Below are positions 13,170 through 26,650 of a stretch of 64,000 bases of DNA, one piece after another (the first letter of the stretch is position 1; the number at the start of each line of letters is the position of its first letter). Under the pieces are notes generated by a model. That model was not told the origin of the DNA and did not search any database. It saw only the letters and a list, made by a program, of their open reading frames with translations. Source of the stretch: Eledone cirrhosa (taxonomy: Eukaryota); the NCBI GenBank assembly GCA_964016885.1, contig OZ024742.1, forward strand, positions 342,984,001 through 343,048,000, given 5' to 3'. The position numbers were made by a program, and so were the translations under genes.

Positions 13170-16100
13170 GAAGTATGTGATCTCCAGTGGTATGAAGTAT
13201 GTGATCTACAGTGGTATGAAGTATGTGATCTCCAGTGGTATGAAGTATGTCAGCTCCAGTGGTATGAAGTATGTGATCTCCAGTGGTATGAAGTATGTGA
13301 TCTCCAGTGGTATGAAGTATGTCAGCTCCAGTGGTATGAAGTATGTGATATCCTGTGGTATGAAGTATGTGATCTACAGTGGTATGAAGTATGTGATCTA
13401 CAGTGGTATGAAGTATGTGATCTACAGTGGTATGAAGTATGTCAGCTCCAGTGGTATGAAGTATGTGATCTCCAGTGGTATGAAGTATGTGATCTCCTGT
13501 GGTATGAAGTATGTGATCTCCAGTTGTATGAAGTATGTGTCTCCAGTGGTATGAATTATGTGATCTACAGTGGTATGAAGTATGTGATATCCTGTGGTAT
13601 GAAGTATGTGATCTACAGTGGTATGAAGTATGTGATCTCCAGTGGTATGAAGTATGTGATCTACAATGGTATGAAGTATGTGATCTCCAGTGGTATGAAG
13701 TATGTGATCTACAGTGGTATGAAGTATGTGATATCCTGTGGTATGAAGTATGTGATCTACAGTGGTATGAAGTATGTGATCTCCAGTGGTATGAAGTATG
13801 TAATCTACAGTGGTATGAAGTATGTGATATCCAGTGGTATGAAGTATGTGATCTCCTGTGGTATGAAATATGTCAGCTCCAGTGGTATGAAGTATGTGAT
13901 CTCCAGTGGTATGAAGTATGTGATCTCCAGTGGTATGAAATATGTGATCTACAGTGGTATGAAGTATGTGATCTCCAGTGGTATGAAGTATGTGATCTCC
14001 AGTGGTATGAAGTATGTGATCTCCAGTGGTATGAAGTATGTGATCTCCAGTGGTATGAAGTATGTGATATCCTGTGGTATGAAATATGTGATCTCCAGTG
14101 GTATGAAGTATGTGATCTACAGTGGTATGAAGTATGTGATCTACAGTGGTATGAAGTATGTGATCTCCAGTGGTATGAAGTATGTCAGCTCCAATGGTAT
14201 GAAGTATGTGACCTACAGTGGTATGAAGTATGTGATCTCCAGTGGTATGAAGTATGTGATCTCCAGTGGTATGAAGTATGTGATCTCCAGTGGTATGAAG
14301 TATGTGATCTCCATTGGTATGAAGTATGTGATCTACAGTGGTATGAAGTATGTCAGCTCCAGTGGTATGAAGTATGTGATCTACAGTGGTATGAAGTATG
14401 TGATCTACAGTGGTATGAAGTATGTGATCAACAGTGGTATGAAGTATGTCAGCTCCAGTGGTATGAAGTATATGATCTACAGTGGTATGAAGTATGTGAT
14501 CTACAGTGGTATGAAGTATGTGATCTACAGTGGTATGAAGTATGTCAGCTCCAGTGGTATGAAGTATGTGATCTACAGTGATATGAAGTATGTAATCTAC
14601 AGTGGTATGAAGTATGTGATCTCCAGTGGTATGAAGTATGTGATCTCCTGTCGTATGAAATATGTCAGCTCCAGTGGTATGAAGTATGTGATCTCCAGTG
14701 GTATGAAGTATGTGATCTCCAGTGGTATGAAATTTGTGATCTACAGTGGTATGAAGTATGTGATCTCCAGTGGTATGAAGTATGTGATCTCCAGTGATAT
14801 GAAATATGTGATCTCCAGTGGTATGAAGTATGTGATCTCCAGTGGTATGAAGTATGTCATATCCTGTGGTATGAAGTATGTGATCTACAGTGGTATGAAG
14901 TATGTGATCTCCAGTGGTATGAAGTATGTGAACTACAGTGGTATGAAGTATGTAATCTCCAGTGGTATGAAGTATGTGATAACCTGTGGTATGAAGTATG
15001 TGATATCCTGTGGTATGAAGTATGTGGTCTACAGTGGTATGAAGTATGTGATCTCCAGTGGTATGAAGTATGTGATAACCTGTGGTATGAAGTATGTGAT
15101 ATCCTGTGGTATGAAGTATGTAATCTACAGTGGTATGAAGTATGTGATCTCCAGTGGTATGAAGTATGTGATATCCTGTGGTATGAAGTATGTGATATCC
15201 AGTGGTATGAAGTATGTGATCTACAGTGGTATGAAGTATGTGATCTCCAGTGGTATGAAGTATATGATCTCCAGTGCTATGAAGTATGTGATCTACAGTG
15301 GTATGAAGTATGTGATCTCCAGTGGTATGAAGTATGTGATCTCCAGTGGTATGAAGTATGTGATATCCTGTGGTATGAAGTATGTGATCTCCAGTGGTAT
15401 GAAGTATGTGATCTCCTGTGGTATGAAATATGTCAGCTCCAGTGGTATGAAGTATGTGATCTCCAGTGGTATGAAGTATGTGATCTCCAGTGGTATGAAA
15501 TATGTGATCTACAGTGGTATGAAGTATGTGATCTCCAGTGGTATGAAGTATGTGATCTCCAGTGGTATGAAGTATGTGATCTCCAGTGGTATGAAGTATG
15601 TGATCTCCAGTGGTATGAAGTATGTGATATCCTGTGGTATGAAGTATGTGATCTCCAGTGGTATGATGTATGTCAGCTCCAGTGGTATGAAGTATGTGAT
15701 CTCCAGTGGTATGAAATATGTGATCTACAGTGGTATGAAGTATGTTAGCTCCGGTGGTATTAAGTATGTGATCTACAGTGGTATGAAGTATGTCAGCTCC
15801 AGTGGTATGAAGTATGTGATCTCCAGTGGTATGAAGTATGTGATCTCCTGTGGTATGAAGTATGTGATCTACAGTGGTATGAAGTATGTGATCTACAGTG
15901 GTATGAAGTATGTGATCTACAGTGGTATGAAGTATGTGATCTACAGTGGTATGAAGTATGTGATCTACAGTGGTATGAAGTATGTGATCTCCAGTGGTAT
16001 GAAGTATGTCAGCTCCAGTGGTATGAAGTATGTGATCTACAGTGGTATGAAGTATGTGATCTCCAGTGGTATGAAGTATGTGATCTCCAGTGGTATGAAG

Positions 16101-19100
16101 TATGTGATCTCCAGTGGTATGAAGTATGTGATCTCCATTGGTATGAAGTATGTGATCTACAGTGGTATGAAGTATGTCAGCTCCAGTGGTATGAAGTATG
16201 TGATCTACAGTGGTATGAAGTATGTGATCTACAGTGGTATGAAGTATGTGATCTACAGTGGTATGAAGTATGTCAGCTCCAGTGGTATGAAGTATATGAT
16301 CTACAGTGGTATGAAATATGTGATCTACAGTGGTATGAAGTATGTGATCTACAGTGGTATGAAGTATGTCAGCTCCAGTGGTATGAAGTATGTGATCTAC
16401 AGTGGTATGAAGTATGTAATCTACAGTGGTATGAAGTATGTGATCTCCAGTGGTATGAAGTATGTCATCTCCTGTCGTATGAAATATGTCAGCTCCAGTG
16501 GTATGAAGTATGTGATCTCCAGTGGTATGAAGTATGTGATCTCCAGTGGTATGAAATTTGTGATCTACAGTGGTATGAAGTATGTGATCTCCAGTGGTAT
16601 GAAGTATGTGATCTCCAGTGATATGAAATATGTGATCTCCAGTGGTATGAAGTATGTGATCTCCAGTGGTATGAAGTATGTCATATCCTGTGGTATGAAG
16701 TATGTGATCTCCAGTGGTATGAAGTATGTCAGCTCCAGTGGTATGAAGTATGTGATCTCCAGTGGTATGAAATATGTGATCTACAGTGGTATGAAGTATT
16801 TTAGCTCCAGTGGTATGAAGTATGTGATCTCCAGTGGTATGAAGTATGTGATCTCCTGTGGTATGAAGTATGTGATCTACAGTGGTATGAAGTATGTGAT
16901 CTACAGTGGTATGAAGTATGTGATCTACAGTGGTATGAAGTATGTGATCTACAGTGGTATGAAGTATGTCAGCTCCAGTGGTATGAAGTATGTGATCTAC
17001 AGTGGTATGAAGTATGTGATCTCCAGTGGTATGAAGTATGTCAGCTCCAGTGGTATGAAGTATGTGATATCCTGTGGTATGAAGTATGTGATCTACAGTG
17101 GTATGAAGTATGTGATCTACAGTGGTATGAAGTATGTGATCTACAGTGGTATGAAGTATGTCAGCTCCAGTGGTATGAAGTATGTGATCTCCAGTGGTAT
17201 GAAGTATGTGATCTCCTGTGGTATGAAGTATGTGATCTCCAGTTGTATGAAGTATGTGTCTCCAGTGGTATGAATTATGTGATCTACAGTGGTATGAAGT
17301 ATGTGATATCCTGTGGTATGAAGTATGTGATCTACAGTGGTATGAAGTATGTGATCTCCAGTGGTATGAAGTATGTGATCTACAATGGTATGAAGTATGT
17401 GATCTCCAGTGGTATGAAGTATGTGATCTACAGTGGTATGAAGTATGTGATATCCTGTGGTATGAAGTATGTGATCTACAGTGGTATGAAGTATGTGATC
17501 TCCAGTGGTATGAAGTATGTAATCTACAGTGGTATGAAGTATGTGATATCCAGTGGTATGAAGTATGTGATCTCCTGTGGTATGAAATATGTCAGCTCCA
17601 GTGGTATGAAGTATGTGATCTCCAGTGGTATGAAGTATGTGATCTCCAGTGGTATGAAATATGTGATCTACAGTGGTATGAAGTATGTGATCTCCAGTGG
17701 TATGAAGTATGTGATCTCCAGTGGTATGAAGTATGTGATCTCCAGTGGTATGAAGTATGTGATCTCCAGTGGTATGAAGTATGTGATATCCTGTGGTATG
17801 AAATATGTGATCTCCAGTGGTATGAAGTATGTGATCTACAGTGGTATGAAGTATGTGATCTACAGTGGTATGAAGTATGTGATCTCCAGTGGTATGAAGT
17901 ATGTCAGCTCCAATGGTATGAAGTATGTGACCTACAGTGGTATGAAGTATGTGATCTCCAGTGGTATGAAGTATGTGATCTCCAGTGGTATGAAGTATGT
18001 GATCTCCAGTGGTATGAAGTATGTGATCTCCATTGGTATGAAGTATGTGATCTACAGTGGTATGAAGTATGTCAGCTCCAGTGGTATGAAGTATGTGATC
18101 TACAGTGGTATGAAGTATGTGATCTACAGTGGTATGAAGTATGTGATCAACAGTGGTATGAAGTATGTCAGCTCCAGTGGTATGAAGTATATGATCTACA
18201 GTGGTATGAAGTATGTGATCTACAGTGGTATGAAGTATGTGATCTACAGTGGTATGAAGTATGTCAGCTCCAGTGGTATGAAGTATGTGATCTACAGTGA
18301 TATGAAGTATGTAATCTACAGTGGTATGAAGTATGTGATCTCCAGTGGTATGAAGTATGTGATCTCCTGTCGTATGAAATATGTCAGCTCCAGTGGTATG
18401 AAGTATGTGATCTCCAGTGGTATGAAGTATGTGATCTCCAGTGGTATGAAATTTGTGATCTACAGTGGTATGAAGTATGTGATCTCCAGTGGTATGAAGT
18501 ATGTGATCTCCAGTGATATGAAATATGTGATCTCCAGTGGTATGAAGTATGTGATCTCCAGTGGTATGAAGTATGTCATATCCTGTGGTATGAAGTATGT
18601 GATCTACAGTGGTATGAAGTATGTGATCTCCAGTGGTATGAAGTATGTGAACTACAGTGGTATGAAGTATGTAATCTCCAGTGGTATGAAGTATGTGATA
18701 ACCTGTGGTATGAAGTATGTGATATCCTGTGGTATGAAGTATGTGGTCTACAGTGGTATGAAGTATGTGATCTCCAGTGGTATGAAGTATGTGATAACCT
18801 GTGGTATGAAGTATGTGATATCCTGTGGTATGAAGTATGTAATCTACAGTGGTATGAAGTATGTGATCTCCAGTGGTATGAAGTATGTGATATCCTGTGG
18901 TATGAAGTATGTGATATCCAGTGGTATGAAGTATGTGATCTACAGTGGTATGAAGTATGTGATCTCCAGTGGTATGAAGTATGTGATCTCCAGTGCTATG
19001 AAGTATGTGATCTACAGTGGTATGAAGTATGTGATCTCCAGTGGTATGAAGTATGTGATCTCCAGTGGTATGAAGTATGTGATATCCTGTGGTATGAAGT

Positions 19101-22100
19101 ATGTGATCTCCAGTGGTATGAAGTATGTGATCTCCTGTGGTATGAAATATGTCAGCTCCAGTGGTATGAAGTATGTGATCTCCAGTGGTATGAAGTATGT
19201 GATCTCCAGTGGTATGAAATATGTGATCTACAGTGGTATGAAGTATGTGATCTCCAGTGGTATGAAGTATGTGATCTCCAGTGGTATGAAGTATGTGATC
19301 TCCAGTGGTATGAAGTATGTGATCTCCAGTGGTATGAAGTATGTGATATCCTGTGGTATGAAGTATGTGATCTCCAGTGGTATGATGTATGTCAGCTCCA
19401 GTGGTATGAAGTATGTGATCTCCAGTGGTATGAAATATGTGATCTCCAGTTGTATGAAGTATGTGTCTCCAGTGGTATGAATTATGTGATCTACAGTGGT
19501 ATGAAGTATGTGATATCCTGTGGTATGAAGTATGTGATCTACAGTGGTATGAAGTATGTGATCTCCAGTGGTATGAAGTATGTGATCTACAATGGTATGA
19601 AGTATGTGATCTCCAGTGGTATGAAGTATGTGATCTACAGTGGTATGAAGTATGTGATATCCTGTGGTATGAAGTATGTGATCTACAGTGGTATGAAGTA
19701 TGTGATCTCCAGTGGTATGAAGTATGTAATCTACAGTGGTATGAAGTATGTGATATCCAGTGGTATGAAGTATGTGATCTCCTGTGGTATGAAATATGTC
19801 AGCTCCAGTGGTATGAAGTATGTGATCTCCAGTGGTATGAAGTATGTGATCTCCAGTGGTATGAAATATGTGATCTACAGTGGTATGAAGTATGTGATCT
19901 CCAGTGGTATGAAGTATGTGATCTCCAGTGGTATGAAGTATGTGATCTCCAGTGGTATGAAGTATGTGATCTCCAGTGGTATGAAGTATGTGATATCCTG
20001 TGGTATGAAATATGTGATCTCCAGTGGTATGAAGTATGTGATCTACAGTGGTATGAAGTATGTGATCTACAGTGGTATGAAGTATGTGATCTCCAGTGGT
20101 ATGAAGTATGTCAGCTCCAATGGTATGAAGTATGTGACCTACAGTGGTATGAAGTATGTGATCTCCAGTGGTATGAAGTATGTGATCTCCAGTGGTATGA
20201 AGTATGTGATCTCCAGTGGTATGAAGTATGTGATCTCCATTGGTATGAAGTATGTGATCTACAGTGGTATGAAGTATGTCAGCTCCAGTGGTATGAAGTA
20301 TGTGATCTACAGTGGTATGAAGTATGTGATCTACAGTGGTATGAAGTATGTGATCAACAGTGGTATGAAGTATGTCAGCTCCAGTGGTATGAAGTATATG
20401 ATCTACAGTGGTATGAAGTATGTGATCTACAGTGGTATGAAGTATGTGATCTACAGTGGTATGAAGTATGTCAGCTCCAGTGGTATGAAGTATGTGATCT
20501 ACAGTGATATGAAGTATGTAATCTACAGTGGTATGAAGTATGTGATCTCCAGTGGTATGAAGTATGTGATCTCCTGTCGTATGAAATATGTCAGCTCCAG
20601 TGGTATGAAGTATGTGATCTCCAGTGGTATGAAGTATGTGATCTCCAGTGGTATGAAATTTGTGATCTACAGTGGTATGAAGTATGTGATCTCCAGTGGT
20701 ATGAAGTATGTGATCTCCAGTGATATGAAATATGTGATCTCCAGTGGTATGAAGTATGTGATCTCCAGTGGTATGAAGTATGTCATATCCTGTGGTATGA
20801 AGTATGTGATCTACAGTGGTATGAAGTATGTGATCTCCAGTGGTATGAAGTATGTGAACTACAGTGGTATGAAGTATGTAATCTCCAGTGGTATGAAGTA
20901 TGTGATAACCTGTGGTATGAAGTATGTGATATCCTGTGGTATGAAGTATGTGGTCTACAGTGGTATGAAGTATGTGATCTCCAGTGGTATGAAGTATGTG
21001 ATAACCTGTGGTATGAAGTATGTGATATCCTGTGGTATGAAGTATGTAATCTACAGTGGTATGAAGTATGTGATCTCCAGTGGTATGAAGTATGTGATAT
21101 CCTGTGGTATGAAGTATGTGATATCCAGTGGTATGAAGTATGTGATCTACAGTGGTATGAAGTATGTGATCTCCAGTGGTATGAAGTATGTGATCTCCAG
21201 TGCTATGAAGTATGTGATCTACAGTGGTATGAAGTATGTGATCTCCAGTGGTATGAAGTATGTGATCTCCAGTGGTATGAAGTATGTGATATCCTGTGGT
21301 ATGAAGTATGTGATCTCCAGTGGTATGAAGTATGTGATCTCCTGTGGTATGAAATATGTCAGCTCCAGTGGTATGAAGTATGTGATCTCCAGTGGTATGA
21401 AGTATGTGATCTCCAGTGGTATGAAATATGTGATCTACAGTGGTATGAAGTATGTGATCTCCAGTGGTATGAAGTATGTGATCTCCAGTGGTATGAAGTA
21501 TGTGATCTCCAGTGGTATGAAGTATGTGATCTCCAGTGGTATGAAGTATGTGATATCCTGTGGTATGAAGTATGTGATCTCCAGTGGTATGATGTATGTC
21601 AGCTCCAGTGGTATGAAGTATGTGATCTCCAGTGGTATGAAATATGTGATCTACAGTGGTATGAAGTATGTTAGCTCCGGTGGTATTAAGTATGTGATCT
21701 ACAGTGGTATGAAGTATGTCAGCTCCAGTGGTATGAAGTATGTGATCTCCAGTGGTATGAAGTATGTGATCTCCTGTGGTATGAAGTATGTGATCTACAG
21801 TGGTATGAAGTATGTGATCTACAGTGGTATGAAGTATGTGATCTACAGTGGTATGAAGTATGTGATCTACAGTGGTATGAAGTATGTGATCTACAGTGGT
21901 ATGAAGTATGTGATCTCCAGTGGTATGAAGTATGTCAGCTCCAGTGGTATGAAGTATGTGATCTACAGTGGTATGAAGTATGTGATCTCCAGTGGTATGA
22001 AGTATGTGATCTCCAGTGGTATGAAGTATGTGATCTCCAGTGGTATGAAGTATGTGATCTCCATTGGTATGAAGTATGTGATCTACAGTGGTATGAAGTA

Positions 22101-25100
22101 TGTCAGCTCCAGTGGTATGAAGTATGTGATCTACAGTGGTATGAAGTATGTGATCTACAGTGGTATGAAGTATGTGATCTACAGTGGTATGAAGTATGTC
22201 AGCTCCAGTGGTATGAAGTATATGATCTACAGTGGTATGAAATATGTGATCTACAGTGGTATGAAGTATGTGATCTACAGTGGTATGAAGTATGTCAGCT
22301 CCAGTGGTATGAAGTATGTGATCTACAGTGGTATGAAGTATGTAATCTACAGTGGTATGAAGTATGTGATCTCCAGTGGTATGAAGTATGTCATCTCCTG
22401 TCGTATGAAATATGTCAGCTCCAGTGGTATGAAGTATGTGATCTCCAGTGGTATGAAGTATGTGATCTCCAGTGGTATGAAATTTGTGATCTACAGTGGT
22501 ATGAAGTATGTGATCTCCAGTGGTATGAAGTATGTGATCTCCAGTGATATGAAATATGTGATCTCCAGTGGTATGAAGTATGTGATCTCCAGTGGTATGA
22601 AGTATGTCATATCCTGTGGTATGAAGTATGTGATCTCCAGTGGTATGAAGTATGTCAGCTCCAGTGGTATGAAGTATGTGATCTCCAGTGGTATGAAATA
22701 TGTGATCTACAGTGGTATGAAGTATTTTAGCTCCAGTGGTATGAAGTATGTGATCTCCAGTGGTATGAAGTATGTGATCTCCTGTGGTATGAAGTATGTG
22801 ATCTACAGTGGTATGAAGTATGTGATCTACAGTGGTATGAAGTATGTGATCTACAGTGGTATGAAGTATGTGATCTACAGTGGTATGAAGTATGTCAGCT
22901 CCAGTGGTATGAAGTATGTGATCTACAGTGGTATGAAGTATGTGATCTCCAGTGGTATGAAGTATGTCAGCTCCAGTGGTATGAAGTATGTGATATCCTG
23001 TGGTATGAAGTATGTGATCTACAGTGGTATGAAGTATGTGATCTACAGTGGTATGAAGTATGTGATCTACAGTGGTATGAAGTATGTCAGCTCCAGTGGT
23101 ATGAAGTATGTGATCTCCAGTGGTATGAAGTATGTGATCTCCTGTGGTATGAAGTATGTGATCTCCAGTTGTATGAAGTATGTGTCTCCAGTGGTATGAA
23201 TTATGTGATCTACAGTGGTATGAAGTATGTGATATCCTGTGGTATGAAGTATGTGATCTACAGTGGTATGAAGTATGTGATCTCCAGTGGTATGAAGTAT
23301 GTGATCTACAATGGTATGAAGTATGTGATCTCCAGTGGTATGAAGTATGTGATCTACAGTGGTATGAAGTATGTGATATCCTGTGGTATGAAGTATGTGA
23401 TCTACAGTGGTATGAAGTATGTGATCTCCAGTGGTATGAAGTATGTAATCTACAGTGGTATGAAGTATGTGATATCCAGTGGTATGAAGTATGTGATCTC
23501 CTGTGGTATGAAATATGTCAGCTCCAGTGGTATGAAGTATGTGATCTCCAGTGGTATGAAGTATGTGATCTCCAGTGGTATGAAATATGTGATCTACAGT
23601 GGTATGAAGTATGTGATCTCCAGTGGTATGAAGTATGTGATCTCCAGTGGTATGAAGTATGTGATCTCCAGTGGTATGAAGTATGTGATCTCCAGTGGTA
23701 TGAAGTATGTGATATCCTGTGGTATGAAATATGTGATCTCCAGTGGTATGAAGTATGTGATCTACAGTGGTATGAAGTATGTGATCTACAGTGGTATGAA
23801 GTATGTGATCTCCAGTGGTATGAAGTATGTCAGCTCCAATGGTATGAAGTATGTGACCTACAGTGGTATGAAGTATGTGATCTCCAGTGGTATGAAGTAT
23901 GTGATCTCCAGTGGTATGAAGTATGTGATCTCCAGTGGTATGAAGTATGTGATCTCCATTGGTATGAAGTATGTGATCTACAGTGGTATGAAGTATGTCA
24001 GCTCCAGTGGTATGAAGTATGTGATCTACAGTGGTATGAAGTATGTGATCTACAGTGGTATGAAGTATGTGATCAACAGTGGTATGAAGTATGTCAGCTC
24101 CAGTGGTATGAAGTATATGATCTACAGTGGTATGAAGTATGTGATCTACAGTGGTATGAAGTATGTGATCTACAGTGGTATGAAGTATGTCAGCTCCAGT
24201 GGTATGAAGTATGTGATCTACAGTGATATGAAGTATGTAATCTACAGTGGTATGAAGTATGTGATCTCCAGTGGTATGAAGTATGTGATCTCCTGTCGTA
24301 TGAAATATGTCAGCTCCAGTGGTATGAAGTATGTGATCTCCAGTGGTATGAAGTATGTGATCTCCAGTGGTATGAAATTTGTGATCTACAGTGGTATGAA
24401 GTATGTGATCTCCAGTGGTATGAAGTATGTGATCTCCAGTGATATGAAATATGTGATCTCCAGTGGTATGAAGTATGTGATCTCCAGTGGTATGAAGTAT
24501 GTCATATCCTGTGGTATGAAGTATGTGATCTACAGTGGTATGAAGTATGTGATCTCCAGTGGTATGAAGTATGTGAACTACAGTGGTATGAAGTATGTAA
24601 TCTCCAGTGGTATGAAGTATGTGATAACCTGTGGTATGAAGTATGTGATATCCTGTGGTATGAAGTATGTGGTCTACAGTGGTATGAAGTATGTGATCTC
24701 CAGTGGTATGAAGTATGTGATAACCTGTGGTATGAAGTATGTGATATCCTGTGGTATGAAGTATGTAATCTACAGTGGTATGAAGTATGTGATCTCCAGT
24801 GGTATGAAGTATGTGATATCCTGTGGTATGAAGTATGTGATATCCAGTGGTATGAAGTATGTGATCTACAGTGGTATGAAGTATGTGATCTCCAGTGGTA
24901 TGAAGTATGTGATCTCCAGTGCTATGAAGTATGTGATCTACAGTGGTATGAAGTATGTGATCTCCAGTGGTATGAAGTATGTGATCTCCAGTGGTATGAA
25001 GTATGTGATATCCTGTGGTATGAAGTATGTGATCTCCAGTGGTATGAAGTATGTGATCTCCTGTGGTATGAAATATGTCAGCTCCAGTGGTATGAAGTAT

Positions 25101-26650
25101 GTGATCTCCAGTGGTATGAAGTATGTGATCTCCAGTGGTATGAAATATGTGATCTACAGTGGTATGAAGTATGTGATCTCCAGTGGTATGAAGTATGTGA
25201 TCTCCAGTGGTATGAAGTATGTGATCTCCAGTGGTATGAAGTATGTGATCTCCAGTGGTATGAAGTATGTGATATCCTGTGGTATGAAGTATGTGATCTC
25301 CAGTGGTATGATGTATGTCAGCTCCAGTGGTATGAAGTATGTGATCTCCAGTGGTATGAAATATGTGATCTACAGTGGTATGAAGTATGTTAGCTCCGGT
25401 GGTATTAAGTATGTGATCTACAGTGGTATGAAGTATGTCAGCTCCAGTGGTATGAAGTATGTGATCTCCAGTGGTATGAAGTATGTGATCTCCTGTGGTA
25501 TGAAGTATGTGATCTACAGTGGTATGAAGTATGTGATCTACAGTGGTATGAAGTATGTGATCTACAGTGGTATGAAGTATGTGATCTACAGTGGTATGAA
25601 GTATGTGATCTACAGTGGTATGAAGTATGTGATCTCCAGTGGTATGAAGTATGTCAGCTCCAGTGGTATGAAGTATGTGATCTACAGTGGTATGAAGTAT
25701 GTGATCTCCAGTGGTATGAAGTATGTGATCTCCAGTGGTATGAAGTATGTGATCTCCAGTGGTATGAAGTATGTGATCTCCATTGGTATGAAGTATGTGA
25801 TCTACAGTGGTATGAAGTATGTCAGCTCCAGTGGTATGAAGTATGTGATCTACAGTGGTATGAAGTATGTGATCTACAGTGGTATGAAGTATGTGATCTA
25901 CAGTGGTATGAAGTATGTCAGCTCCAGTGGTATGAAGTATATGATCTACAGTGGTATGAAATATGTGATCTACAGTGGTATGAAGTATGTGATCTACAGT
26001 GGTATGAAGTATGTCAGCTCCAGTGGTATGAAGTATGTGATCTACAGTGGTATGAAGTATGTAATCTACAGTGGTATGAAGTATGTGATCTCCAGTGGTA
26101 TGAAGTATGTCATCTCCTGTCGTATGAAATATGTCAGCTCCAGTGGTATGAAGTATGTGATCTCCAGTGGTATGAAGTATGTGATCTCCAGTGGTATGAA
26201 ATTTGTGATCTACAGTGGTATGAAGTATGTGATCTCCAGTGGTATGAAGTATGTGATCTCCAGTGATATGAAATATGTGATCTCCAGTGGTATGAAGTAT
26301 GTGATCTCCAGTGGTATGAAGTATGTCATATCCTGTGGTATGAAGTATGTGATCTCCAGTGGTATGAAGTATGTCAGCTCCAGTGGTATGAAGTATGTGA
26401 TCTCCAGTGGTATGAAATATGTGATCTACAGTGGTATGAAGTATTTTAGCTCCAGTGGTATGAAGTATGTGATCTCCAGTGGTATGAAGTATGTGATCTC
26501 CTGTGGTATGAAGTATGTGATCTACAGTGGTATGAAGTATGTGATCTACAGTGGTATGAAGTATGTGATCTACAGTGGTATGAAGTATGTGATCTACAGT
26601 GGTATGAAGTATGTCAGCTCCAGTGGTATGAAGTATGTGATCTACAGTGG
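13170..26650. repeat. Near-identical 3719-bp (155-monomer) higher-order repeat: full, truncated 2207-bp, full and near-full copies
   Basis: The junction AGTTGTATGAAGTATGTGTCTCCAGTGGTATGAATTATG recurs with ORF starts at 13524, 17243, 19450, 23169 (offsets 3719, 2207, 3719 = 155x24-1, 92x24-1). The four 348-aa frame translations appear identical, and rare variants (TACAAT, GTGACC, ATCAAC, GTGGTC) occur in the same order. Confidence 0.95.
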
